Shown in pieces: positions 8,405 to 16,521 of a DNA stretch of 64,000 bases. The stretch comes from an uncultured Candidatus Saccharibacteria bacterium. GTDB lineage: Bacteria > Patescibacteriota > Minisyncoccia > Phycocordibacterales > UBA2100. The first letter of the stretch is position 1. Every line of letters starts with the position of its first letter. A model generated the notes under the pieces. The model was not told the DNA's origin. It worked only from the letters and a program-made list of their open reading frames with translations, and searched no databases. The stretch covers positions 12,775-76,774 of the forward strand of contig CAZPGE010000005.1 in the NCBI GenBank assembly GCA_964586255.1. Direction: 5' to 3'. A program made the translations under genes and the position numbers.

Positions 8405-10189
8405 ATGGAAATCAGAAACATCGCCATTATTGCTCACGTCGACCACGGGAAGACCACCCTTACCGACGCTATTTTGCGTCAGACCGGTGTGGCGGAAGAG
8501 GGAGTATCGATGGACAGCAACGCGCTCGAGCAGGAGCGCGGCATCACCATCTACTCAAAGAATGCGGCCGTTTTCTATAAAGACACCAAGATAAACATCG
8601 TCGATACGCCGGGTCACGCCGACTTCGGCTCTGAAGTCGAGCGCGTCCTGCGCTCTATCGATTCCGTGCTCCTCGTCGTCGATGCGCAAGAAGGTCCTAT
8701 GCCGCAGACACGCTTCGTCCTCAAGAAGTCACTCGAGCTCGGAATCCACCCGATTGTCGTCATCAACAAAATCGACAAGCCCGCTGCCGACCCAGCCCGC
8801 TGCGAAGAGCAGGTGCTGGAGCTCTTCCTCGAGCTCGGTGCGTCCGACTCTCAGGCGGATTTCCCAATAGTGTACGCAATCGGTAAGCAGGGCATCGCCA
8901 AGCGCAAACTGACCGACGAGTCGACAGACATGAATCCGCTGCTCGACTGCGTACTCGAGCACGTAAAGCCGGCAAATGCATCAGCAAGCTCGACTGCTGC
9001 ATTTCGCGCACAGCCGTTCAATCTAGGCTACGACAACTTCCTCGGTCGACTTGCTGTCGCGCGTGTCTACGAGGGTACGCTCAAAATTGGCGACACTGTC
9101 TTTGTGAAGAAACCGACGGGTGAGACACGACCAGGCAAAATCACCAAGATGTCGACCTTCAAAGGCTTGCAGAAAATCGACGCTGCCGAAATCATCGCAG
9201 GAGACATCGCGCTTATCGCGGGTCTGCCCGATATATTTATCGGTGAGACGATAACCAACGACTCTTCTGTAGAGCCGCTCCCCGCTATCGCCATCGACGA
9301 ACCAACTATCACGCTGAACTTCCTCGTGAACAATTCTCCGTTTGCCGGTCGAGAAGGCAAATATGTGACGACACGCCAAATCCGCGACCGGCTTGAGAAA
9401 GAACTCGAGATCAACGTCGGTCTTCGTGTAGATTTCTCTGGTGGCGATACCTTTAAAGTTTCGGGTCGCGGCGAACTCCACATCGCCATCTTGCTGGAAA
9501 ACATGCGACGCGAAGGCTACGAAATGCAGGTCTCTCAGCCGCAGGTCATCATCCGCGAAGAAGAAGGGAAGAAACTCGAACCGTTTGAAGAGGTCATCGT
9601 CGACACCCCGAGCGAATACCAGGGTCCCATCATCGAGCGCTTGGGTACGCGCAAATTTGTGATGAAGGACTTGAAAGTACATGAAAACAGCGTGCGCCTG
9701 ACGTTTGACGGGCCTACACGCGGACTCCTCGGCTACAAGAACCAGTTTGTCCTCGACACCAAGGGGGAAGGTATTCTCTCGAGCCGCGTCGTTGGATTCC
9801 AGCCATACGCAGGCGAAATCAAGAAGAAGCAGGTGGGCTCGATGATTTCGATGGCCGCCGGCAAAGCACTCGGATTCTCTCTGTGGAATCTTCAGGAACG
9901 CGGCGTTATCTATATCGGACCAGCCGTAGAAGTGTACGAAGGTCAGGTCATCGGCAATACTTCAAAGGGTGAGGAGATGACCGTCAATCCTACCAAGGGC
10001 AAGCAGCTCACCAACATGCGCTCCAAGGGTACCGACGAGGCGCTCAATCTCGTGCCGCCCTTTGAACTCACCATCGAACGCGGTCTCGAAGTCATGGCTG
10101 AAGATGAGTATCTCGAAATCACACCGCAATCTGTCCGCTTGCGAAAGCAGGCACTCACGGAGAACGACCGCACCAAGTCACGCCGCTAA
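8405..10189 (+). CDS. typA: Translational GTPase TypA/BipA
   Basis: NIAIIAHVDHGKTTL, DTPGHADF and NKID G-domain motifs; about 600 aa with the BipA-type C-terminus. Confidence 0.9.
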   Translation: MEIRNIAIIAHVDHGKTTLTDAILRQTGVAEEGVSMDSNALEQERGITIYSKNAAVFYKDTKINIVDTPGHADFGSEVERVLRSIDSVLLVVDAQEGPMPQTRFVLKKSLELGIHPIVVINKIDKPAADPARCEEQVLELFLELGASDSQADFPIVYAIGKQGIAKRKLTDESTDMNPLLDCVLEHVKPANASASSTAAFRAQPFNLGYDNFLGRLAVARVYEGTLKIGDTVFVKKPTGETRPGKITKMSTFKGLQKIDAAEIIAGDIALIAGLPDIFIGETITNDSSVEPLPAIAIDEPTITLNFLVNNSPFAGREGKYVTTRQIRDRLEKELEINVGLRVDFSGGDTFKVSGRGELHIAILLENMRREGYEMQVSQPQVIIREEEGKKLEPFEEVIVDTPSEYQGPIIERLGTRKFVMKDLKVHENSVRLTFDGPTRGLLGYKNQFVLDTKGEGILSSRVVGFQPYAGEIKKKQVGSMISMAAGKALGFSLWNLQERGVIYIGPAVEVYEGQVIGNTSKGEEMTVNPTKGKQLTNMRSKGTDEALNLVPPFELTIERGLEVMAEDEYLEITPQSVRLRKQALTENDRTKSRR

Positions 10190-10209
10190 CGATTCGGTAT
10201 ACTGCGGCG

Positions 10210-10857
10210 ATGAAGTTCGCGGACAGAAGTGAAGCAGGAAAGCGCCTCGGAGAGGCGCTTCTTTCGCATGCGTATCCGCATCCGCTTGTGTTCGCGATCC
10301 CTCGGGGAGGCGTCCCGGTCGGGATAGAGGCAGCACGCGCTCTGGAGGCGCCGCTCGATACACTCGTCGTCCGCAAGATAGGCGCGCCGCTCAATCCTGA
10401 GTGGGCGGTCGGTGCGCTTGCGCCACACGGCGTGCTCATCATCGACGACGATGCGCTCAAAAGCGCATCGATATCGCGCGCGTCTGTCGACGGCGTGCTT
10501 GCCAAAGAGCGCGCGGAGCTCGACCGCAGAGTTGATGCGTACAAAAGCGGCACGTACTCCGCAGGGTATATGCCGGAGACACTTGTCATCGTCGACGATG
10601 GGGTGGCTACTGGCTACACCGCGCGCGCGGCGATTATGTCTGCACGCAAGAAATATCCGAAAACCCGCATTGTCTTTGCATCTCCCGTGTGTCTCTTGGG
10701 CTCGTTTGACCTTTTGAGCGCTGACGCGGATGAGGTGGTATGCCTCGACCTTCCAGAAGGTCTGTACGCGGTGGGACAAGCGTATGAAGAGTTTGATCAG
10801 GTGAGTGATGAGGAGGTGCGGGCACTTTTACAGGGCGCTTCAGGCTCTCGTCGTTGA
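10210..10857 (+). CDS. Phosphoribosyltransferase-domain protein (type I PRTase fold)
   Basis: PRPP-binding loop VIVDDGVATGYT; TATACT 6 nt upstream of the ATG. Confidence 0.7.
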   Translation: MKFADRSEAGKRLGEALLSHAYPHPLVFAIPRGGVPVGIEAARALEAPLDTLVVRKIGAPLNPEWAVGALAPHGVLIIDDDALKSASISRASVDGVLAKERAELDRRVDAYKSGTYSAGYMPETLVIVDDGVATGYTARAAIMSARKKYPKTRIVFASPVCLLGSFDLLSADADEVVCLDLPEGLYAVGQAYEEFDQVSDEEVRALLQGASGSRR

Positions 10858-10869
10858 TATACTTTGCCT

Positions 10870-11265
10870 ATGACGAAGCGAAACATGCCAGAGAGCGATG
10901 AAGAGTGGAAGAAGATGCTCACAAGCGAGCAGTATGCGGTCTTGCGAGAGAAGGGGACGGAGGCGCCCTTTACCGGTGAGTACGTGCATGAAAAAGCTGA
11001 TGGTACCTACGGCTGCGCGGCGTGCGGCAACCCCCTTTTCGATTCCGCGGCGAAATTTGATTCGGGGACGGGTTGGCCGTCTTTTGACCAGGCATTGGAG
11101 GGTGCAATCGAGACGCACCGCGACGCTTCACACGGGATGCATCGCACCGAGATTACGTGTGCGCGCTGCGGCTCTCACCTCGGCCATGTCTTCGACGATG
11201 GCCCCACTCCTACGGGCAAGAGATATTGTATAAACTCGGTGTGCTTGGATTTGGAAGAGAAGTAG
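10870..11265 (+). CDS. msrB: Peptide-methionine (R)-S-oxide reductase MsrB
   Basis: [13 protein letters not shown]...GWPSF...[16 protein letters not shown], the SelR signature with the Zn Cys pairs. True start is ATG 10870 (the track's 10864 is a TTG); TATACT lies 6 nt upstream. Confidence 0.9.
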   Translation: MTKRNMPESDEEWKKMLTSEQYAVLREKGTEAPFTGEYVHEKADGTYGCAACGNPLFDSAAKFDSGTGWPSFDQALEGAIETHRDASHGMHRTEITCARCGSHLGHVFDDGPTPTGKRYCINSVCLDLEEK

Positions 11266-11339
11266 CGGTGCGACCGGCAGAGACTTGTGAAAACGGGGGA
11301 ATGCCGCTAGCATATCCACATACTAAGTAGCGGTCTTCT

Positions 11340-11834
11340 ATGAGCAAAACACTCAGCATTGGTTTGGCACTCATTATCATCGCGGGGGCGGCGTACTACT
11401 TTGGCGTCGTGAAGCCCAAAGCCTCGTCGGAGGTAGGCGAAGTCAGCTCGGCTATGCCGGCGCCAGGCTCAAATAATGTGGACGAGATGGTGGTAAGCGG
11501 AGAATACACCGAAGTAGATCCGGTGCTTGTAGGCACGTGGAAGTCAAAAGATGATGCGAAGTTTACGCGCGAGTTTAAGGCCGACGGCACGATGACCGAC
11601 CGCTACCAAGGCGATGCATCAGCCACCGAGACCGCGTCGTTTGTCACCATAAATCCAAGTGTCGTCGAAGTGCCGGGCGTACCTGCCGCAAACCTCGCAG
11701 GGATGACGGTCATCCGTGTCGACTTCTCGAGCGGACCAATGTTTTTCTCTATCAACAGCATGACGGACAAAGAGCTCTCTATGACCAACCTCTCAGGCAG
11801 GGGTAACATCCTGATGTTTACGAAGGCGAAGTAG
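11340..11834 (+). CDS. Hypothetical membrane-anchored protein
   Basis: N-terminal TM helix and no recognised domain; followed by a terminator. Confidence 0.55.
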   Translation: MSKTLSIGLALIIIAGAAYYFGVVKPKASSEVGEVSSAMPAPGSNNVDEMVVSGEYTEVDPVLVGTWKSKDDAKFTREFKADGTMTDRYQGDASATETASFVTINPSVVEVPGVPAANLAGMTVIRVDFSSGPMFFSINSMTDKELSMTNLSGRGNILMFTKAK

Positions 11835-11852
11835 ACACAGGAGCATACCGAT

Positions 11853-11882
11853 AAAAAACTCCCGAGCTCGCGGGAGTTTTTT
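11853..11882 (+). terminator. Rho-independent terminator
   Basis: aaaaaa CTCCCG agctcg CGGGAG tttttt. Confidence 0.65.
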
Positions 11883-11970
11883 GTGCCAGAGTTATCCCAA
11901 GGTCTTTCGGGACCGTGCGTTTACGCATGCAGAGCGTGATACATTGTGCGTATATCCATAAATTAGTCCT

Positions 11971-12348
11971 ATGCTCCTTGCACAACTCTTAGGCCTCTAC
12001 TTTATTATCGTCGGCGTGATAGTGCTCTATCGACGCAAGTCAATCATGCCTGCGCTTTCGCAGCTCGTCGCGAACCGCGCGCTCCTCCTCGTGATTGCAC
12101 TCGTCGAGATCCTTGCCGGTCTCTCGGTCATCCTCACGTATCCTACGATTGAGGCGAGCGTCGAAGGAGTGATTGCCGTCATCGGGTGGGTACTCGCCAT
12201 CGAAGGTGTGCTGTACCTCGCGATGCCTTTCCGTGTGGTGCAGCGTTTTGTACGCAAATTCAACAACGAGACATGGTACGGCACTGGGGGCGCGATAGCG
12301 GTGCTCCTCGGTGGGTACTTGGCCGGCATCGGTTTTGGCATTCTCTAG
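11971..12348 (+). CDS. Small integral membrane protein (3-4 TM helices), hypothetical
   Basis: Hydrophobic throughout; nested-hairpin terminator downstream. Confidence 0.55.
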   Translation: MLLAQLLGLYFIIVGVIVLYRRKSIMPALSQLVANRALLLVIALVEILAGLSVILTYPTIEASVEGVIAVIGWVLAIEGVLYLAMPFRVVQRFVRKFNNETWYGTGGAIAVLLGGYLAGIGFGIL

Positions 12349-12358
12349 GCCGTTTCCC

Positions 12359-12405
12359 CTGCAAAGCCGCGACTCCGCCTGCCGGCGGACCGGGGCTTTG
12401 CGTTT
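12359..12405 (+). terminator. Rho-independent terminator with nested hairpin
   Basis: GCAAAGCC gcgact CCGCC tgcc GGCGG accgg GGCTTTGC gtttt. Confidence 0.55.
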
Positions 12406-12431
12406 TATGAAATAGTGGCACTATAGAGGCC

Positions 12432-13295
12432 ATGATACAGAAAATAGTGATAGGTGTTATTGGCCTGGTCCTCGTGGGGGCCGCAGCGGGGTACTACTTC
12501 TATGGCGACTCCTTGCCATCGGTAGGAGAGAAGCCACTCAACTCCGCAACTTTTATTTGCGACCAGGAAAAGACTATCAAGGCCGATTTCTTCGAGAAGA
12601 AAGCCGCCCTCACACTGAGTGATGGTCGTACCCTAACGCTTCCTCAGACGATTTCCGCATCTGGCGCTCGGTATGCGACAGAAAACGAAAGCCTCGTCTT
12701 CTGGAATAAAGGCGACACCGCATTCATCACCGAGGGTTCACAGGGCGAGACGTATTCAAACTGCGAAGTAGAAGTGCCGGGCCAGGAACCTCGTTCGAGC
12801 TATGCATCCTCGACGATGGGCATCTCGATAAAATATCCAAAGAGCTATACGCTGAGTGCCGACTACCAGTACTTGGGCTTCCCGAAAAAGCCGATCAGCG
12901 GCGTGAAAGTGCTCATCCCCGCGACGATGGCCACCGGTACCAATCTCTCGAGTTTTGACACCGGCATCTCGGTGGAGCAGCTTCCCCGCGCGCAGAGCTG
13001 CACGGGCGACATCTTTATCGTGGACAACGTGAAAGCGACGAGTGTCACTGAAAACGGCGTCTCGTACTCGGTAGCGACTACGAGCGGAGCGGGTGCGGGC
13101 AATCTGTACGAAGAGATGGTCTACGCACTCTCCGGCTCGAAGCCGTGCACCGCCGTGCGCTACTTTATTCACAGTGCAAACATCGGCAACTTTGGGCCGG
13201 ATGTCGTACGCGAGTTTGACCGTACAGCACTCCTCGCTGCGTTCGACAAAATCCGCGCATCGCTCGTCCTCACCTCTACTTCGACCACTCAGTAG
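12432..13295 (+). CDS. MliC-domain protein (membrane-bound lysozyme inhibitor of C-type lysozyme family) with additional C-terminal domain
   Basis: N-terminal TM helix; FICDQEKTIKADFFEKKAALTLSDGRTLTLPQTISASGARYATENESLVFWNKGDTAFI fits the MliC pattern (conserved C, SASGARY, W.KGD). Confidence 0.6.
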   Translation: MIQKIVIGVIGLVLVGAAAGYYFYGDSLPSVGEKPLNSATFICDQEKTIKADFFEKKAALTLSDGRTLTLPQTISASGARYATENESLVFWNKGDTAFITEGSQGETYSNCEVEVPGQEPRSSYASSTMGISIKYPKSYTLSADYQYLGFPKKPISGVKVLIPATMATGTNLSSFDTGISVEQLPRAQSCTGDIFIVDNVKATSVTENGVSYSVATTSGAGAGNLYEEMVYALSGSKPCTAVRYFIHSANIGNFGPDVVREFDRTALLAAFDKIRASLVLTSTSTTQ

Positions 13296-13296
13296 T

Positions 13297-13599
13297 GTGG
13301 CTCGGGGCTACTTGTGCACAGGCAAGGTATGGCTGTGGCCCGGTGAAAGCGCTGCCTGGCATTTTGTACATATCGACAAAAAGACTTCGGAGACTCTCAA
13401 GGAGAAGTACGGGAAAGTGAAAAGGGGGTTCGGCTCGATACCGGTCGTTGCAAAGATAGGGAAGACAGAGTGGAAGACGTCTATCTTTCCTGACAAACGC
13501 TCAGGCGCATACCTCCTCCCGCTCAAGGCGATGGTGCGCCGCGCAGAAGGGATTGATAGCGGCGACGCTCTCATATTTACACTGAAGCCCTTGGTATAG
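13297..13599 (+). CDS. DUF1905-family protein (GTG start overlapping the upstream stop)
   Basis: VWLWPGESAAWHFVHID...GSIPVVAKIGKTEWKTSIFPDKRSGAYLLPLKAMVRRAEGIDSGDALIFTL fits DUF1905; the in-frame ATG at 13093 would add an implausible N-terminus. Confidence 0.55.
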   Translation: MARGYLCTGKVWLWPGESAAWHFVHIDKKTSETLKEKYGKVKRGFGSIPVVAKIGKTEWKTSIFPDKRSGAYLLPLKAMVRRAEGIDSGDALIFTLKPLV

Positions 13600-13701
13600 G
13601 CATAGGGCCCGGGCGCTTGACGACGTGGCCTATTTATTACATATTCTTGTAAGTCCATACCGGACACGCGCATCTGTGCGCTCATACGACAGGAGGGTCC
13701 C

Positions 13702-14754
13702 ATGGCCGACGCGGCCGCACGAAAGCTCTACGACATCATTGTGGTCGGTGGCGGATTCGCAGGCCTCAGTGCCGCGATGAACGCGGCCTCCGAGAACAGG
13801 ACGGTCCTCCTGCTCGAGGGGGGTGAGAGCCTGGGAGGCCAGGGCGGGAGCACCAATCGAATCCTGAACCTCTTCGGGTTCCCCGATGGCATTTCGGGCG
13901 CTGAGCTCACAAACCGCGCCATCAAGCATCTCGACAATCGCGGCGCGGACTACCGTGTGCACAAACAAGCCATCCGGCTCGAGAAGCATCCTGAAGGTCC
14001 CTTCACTGTGTTTTGCGACGACAACTCGCAGTTCCACGGACGTACGGTCATCGCGGCATGCGGTCTCAAGTACCGCGAGCTCGAGGTGCCGGGCGAGCAG
14101 CGCTACAAGGGTCGCGGCATCAGCTACGGTTTCCCGGAGATCAACAACGAGCTCTGGCGTGACCGACGAGTCGTGGTGGTCGGTGGCGGCAACAGTGGGG
14201 CGCAGGCGTGCCTGTTCCTCACGGATTGCAACAACTGCCACGTCACCTTTGTCGTGCGTGGCGGCAATCTCGCCAAGAGCATGTCGGGGATGTACCTGCC
14301 GCACTTCACTCCCGGCAAGATCCCGAACCTCGACATTCTGCTCGGCGCATCCGTCCAGGAAATCCGCGGCGACGATTCGCGGGTCTCGGAGATTCTGCTC
14401 AAACTGCCGAACGGATCGCAGTCGATCAAGATGGATCACGCGTGCGTGATGGTGGGCGGCTCGCCGCACACCGGATGGCTCAGCGAGATCGCTTCGCTGG
14501 ATAAATTCAACTTCATCCTGACCGATCGCGATCTCGCCGAAGACACGTTGCCGCTCTTCGGTCGCAAGCCGCTTCACTGCGAAACGAACGTCCCCGGCCT
14601 CTTCGCCGTGGGCGACGTCCGTGCTGGCAACGACCGGCGTCGTGCGACCAGCGCGGCCAACGAGGGGATGCAGGGCGCCGCGAGCGCCGTGCAATACCTC
14701 GACGACCTCAATCTTCTTCTCAAGCTGAAGGATAAGGTCGCCAAGGTCGCGTGA
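13702..14754 (+). CDS. FAD-dependent pyridine-nucleotide-disulfide oxidoreductase (thioredoxin-reductase-like)
   Basis: Two Rossmann motifs, DIIVVGGGFAGLSAA and RVVVVGGGNSGAQA, plus C-terminal GLFAVGDV. The antisense ORF 13630..14694 is a shadow. This stretch looks GC-richer than its neighbours. Confidence 0.8.
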   Translation: MADAAARKLYDIIVVGGGFAGLSAAMNAASENRTVLLLEGGESLGGQGGSTNRILNLFGFPDGISGAELTNRAIKHLDNRGADYRVHKQAIRLEKHPEGPFTVFCDDNSQFHGRTVIAACGLKYRELEVPGEQRYKGRGISYGFPEINNELWRDRRVVVVGGGNSGAQACLFLTDCNNCHVTFVVRGGNLAKSMSGMYLPHFTPGKIPNLDILLGASVQEIRGDDSRVSEILLKLPNGSQSIKMDHACVMVGGSPHTGWLSEIASLDKFNFILTDRDLAEDTLPLFGRKPLHCETNVPGLFAVGDVRAGNDRRRATSAANEGMQGAASAVQYLDDLNLLLKLKDKVAKVA

Positions 14755-14776
14755 GCCTGTTCTACGTTCTTGCTAT

Positions 14777-14816
14777 CTGCGGCGCGGGGCCCTTGCCCCG
14801 CGCCGCATTCTTTTTA
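14777..14816 (+). terminator. Rho-independent terminator
   Basis: CTGCGGCGCGGGGCCCTTGCCCCGCGCCGCAT tcttttta. Confidence 0.65.
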
Positions 14817-14840
14817 TACGGAGTGCGGTACAGTGTGGCG

Positions 14841-15413
14841 ATGATGTACACGGAGAAGATGCAGCAGGCCATACGCTTCATGCTCAAGACGCATGAGGTC
14901 TACCAGAAGCAAAAGCGCAAAGGCAAAGACATCCCGTACCTCGCGCATCCGCTTACGGTGGGCCTCATCCTCGCGCGGGTCGGCGCATCGGAGGACCTCA
15001 TCATCGCGGGAATCCTACACGATACGATAGAAGACAGTACCGAAGAGAAAAAAGTGACCCGCGAGATGCTTGCAGAGCGCTTCGGCGAGCGTGTCGCTGA
15101 GCTGGTGCAGAGCGTGACCGAGGCGGATAGGAGTGTGCCGTGGGACGCGCGCAAGCAGGAGGCGCTCGAGCACATCGAGACTTTCTCGCACGATTCGGTC
15201 CTGCTCAAGAGTGCCGATGTGATAGCCAACAACGCCGAGCTTCTCGAAGACTATGCACTGCACGGCGACGCGACCTTCGAGCGATTTAGCGAGTCCAAAG
15301 AAAAGACGCTCGCCCACACACAGCGCGTCCTCGCCGCGCTCCAGGCTAAGTGGCAGGGGAGCCCTCTGACGGCCGACCTGGCCAACATGAGCACCTTGCT
15401 CTCCAAAATCTAA
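14841..15413 (+). CDS. HD-domain phosphohydrolase, small (p)ppGpp-hydrolase/Mesh1-like
   Basis: YLAHPLTVGLIL...IAGILHDTIED, the H..HD metal-binding motif of the RelA/SpoT HD family. Confidence 0.7.
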   Translation: MMYTEKMQQAIRFMLKTHEVYQKQKRKGKDIPYLAHPLTVGLILARVGASEDLIIAGILHDTIEDSTEEKKVTREMLAERFGERVAELVQSVTEADRSVPWDARKQEALEHIETFSHDSVLLKSADVIANNAELLEDYALHGDATFERFSESKEKTLAHTQRVLAALQAKWQGSPLTADLANMSTLLSKI

Positions 15414-15486
15414 GTAAACAGGGCGCAACATACGGCGCAGGCCTGTTCTAAGCCGTTTCCGTTTCCACGATTTCTCTATATGTGAG

Positions 15487-15894
15487 ATGATTTCCTCTAT
15501 GGATGAAGCCGGTTGGTACTCGACACTGCTTAAGCCCGTATGGGCGCCGCCCGCGTGGCTCTTTTCGCCGGTCTGGACGGTGCTCTATGCCATTATCGCC
15601 GCCACCTTCGGATACGTCTTTTACAAAACGTATAAAAGGGAATTGCCACTTCGTGTCGCGCTTCCGTTTGCGTTCAACCTGGTATGCAATGCGGCATTTA
15701 CCCCAATCCAGTTCGGACTGCAGAACAATCTCCTGGCCGCCCTCGACATCACTCTCGTGCTCATCACACTCGTGTGGGCGCTCCTTGTCATCTATCCGCG
15801 ATACCGATGGGTCGCGCTCGCAAATATCCCGTACCTGCTCTGGGTGTCTTTTGCGACCGTTCTGCAGTTTACCGTCACGTATTTGAACTTCTAG
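15487..15894 (+). CDS. tspO: TspO/MBR (tryptophan-rich sensory protein) family membrane protein
   Basis: W..L..P.W.PP...F..VW..LY, Trp-rich with 5 TM helices. Confidence 0.8.
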   Translation: MISSMDEAGWYSTLLKPVWAPPAWLFSPVWTVLYAIIAATFGYVFYKTYKRELPLRVALPFAFNLVCNAAFTPIQFGLQNNLLAALDITLVLITLVWALLVIYPRYRWVALANIPYLLWVSFATVLQFTVTYLNF

Positions 15895-15951
15895 CTACCA
15901 CTCCGATTTTTCACAAAGAAATCGTACGCAATTAGACACAGGGAATCTGTT

Positions 15952-15977
15952 CTAGTGTTTTGCAAAAGACTGCAATA
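15952..15977 (+). repeat. 26-nt near-palindromic repeat, copy A (candidate operator; overlaps the -35-like TTGCAA of the arsR-like gene)
   Basis: ctagtgttttgcaaaagactgcaata, with core AGTGTTTTG|CAAAAGACT (8 of 9 positions palindromic). Exact copies lie at 16242-16267 and 44438-44463. Confidence 0.8.
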
Positions 15978-15992
15978 GATTAAAATATATGC

Positions 15993-16268
15993 ATGGCGGA
16001 GGTTTCGTACAGGAAACTTGAGCGCATCATCAAAGGGTTCGCCAATCACCGGCGTCTGCAAATTTTGGACTTGCTCAAGCGCGAGCCGGAGTTATCCGTG
16101 GAAGATGTCTCGGAGAGGCTGCGCATAGGATATGAGAATGCGTCTGACCACTTGCGCAAGCTGGCGGTCGCGGGGCTCGTCCTCAAGCGCAATGAGGGGA
16201 GTAGTGTACGGCACAAGCTGACCACTCGCGCCGAGTCTATACTAGTGTTTTGCAAAAGACTGCAATAA
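15993..16268 (+). CDS. ArsR/SmtB-family HTH transcriptional regulator (91 aa), possible controller of the downstream RM gene
   Basis: HRRLQILDLLKREPELSVEDVSERLRIGYENASDHLRKLAVAGLVLKRNEGSSVRHKLT is a winged-HTH ArsR pattern. Its last 9 codons and stop are encoded by repeat copy B. Confidence 0.7.
   Translation: MAEVSYRKLERIIKGFANHRRLQILDLLKREPELSVEDVSERLRIGYENASDHLRKLAVAGLVLKRNEGSSVRHKLTTRAESILVFCKRLQ
16242..16267 (+). repeat. 26-nt near-palindromic repeat, copy B (3' end of the arsR-like gene, upstream of the RM leader)
   Basis: Identical 26-mer ctagtgttttgcaaaagactgcaata. Confidence 0.8.
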
Positions 16269-16274
16269 GAAATG

Positions 16275-16309
16275 GGGGGGGGAAGTGAGAAAAAAAGACA
16301 GGGGGGGGT
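16275..16309 (+). promoter_or_regulatory. Homopolymeric G9 (16275-16283) and G8 (16302-16309) tracts separated by an A7 run, about 215 nt upstream of the RM gene; candidate slipped-strand (phase-variable) or G-quadruplex-forming region
   Basis: aaatGGGGGGGGGaagtgagAAAAAAAgacaGGGGGGGGtggtgagggtagagggaggggtagg. Confidence 0.4.
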
Positions 16310-16521
16310 GGTGAGGGTAGAGGGAGGGGTAGGAAAATGGGGGATGTGTGGGATGATTTTGCATATGATGATTATCCTCGGTATAGCCGTATTCCTCATC
16401 TTCGCCATCGGCCTGGCCTTCGTCATCTCCTGAGAGGGGAAGGATGGCAGCGACAAAAAGGAATAATCCCACCCTGGGCCCCGTTTCCCCAAAGTGAAGA
16501 TTTGTGGGATGATTTCGCCTA

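Noticed and set aside
13630-14694. 354-aa minus-strand ORF
   Set aside because: Antisense shadow of the + strand flavoprotein 13702..14754, which has two clear Rossmann GxGxxG motifs.
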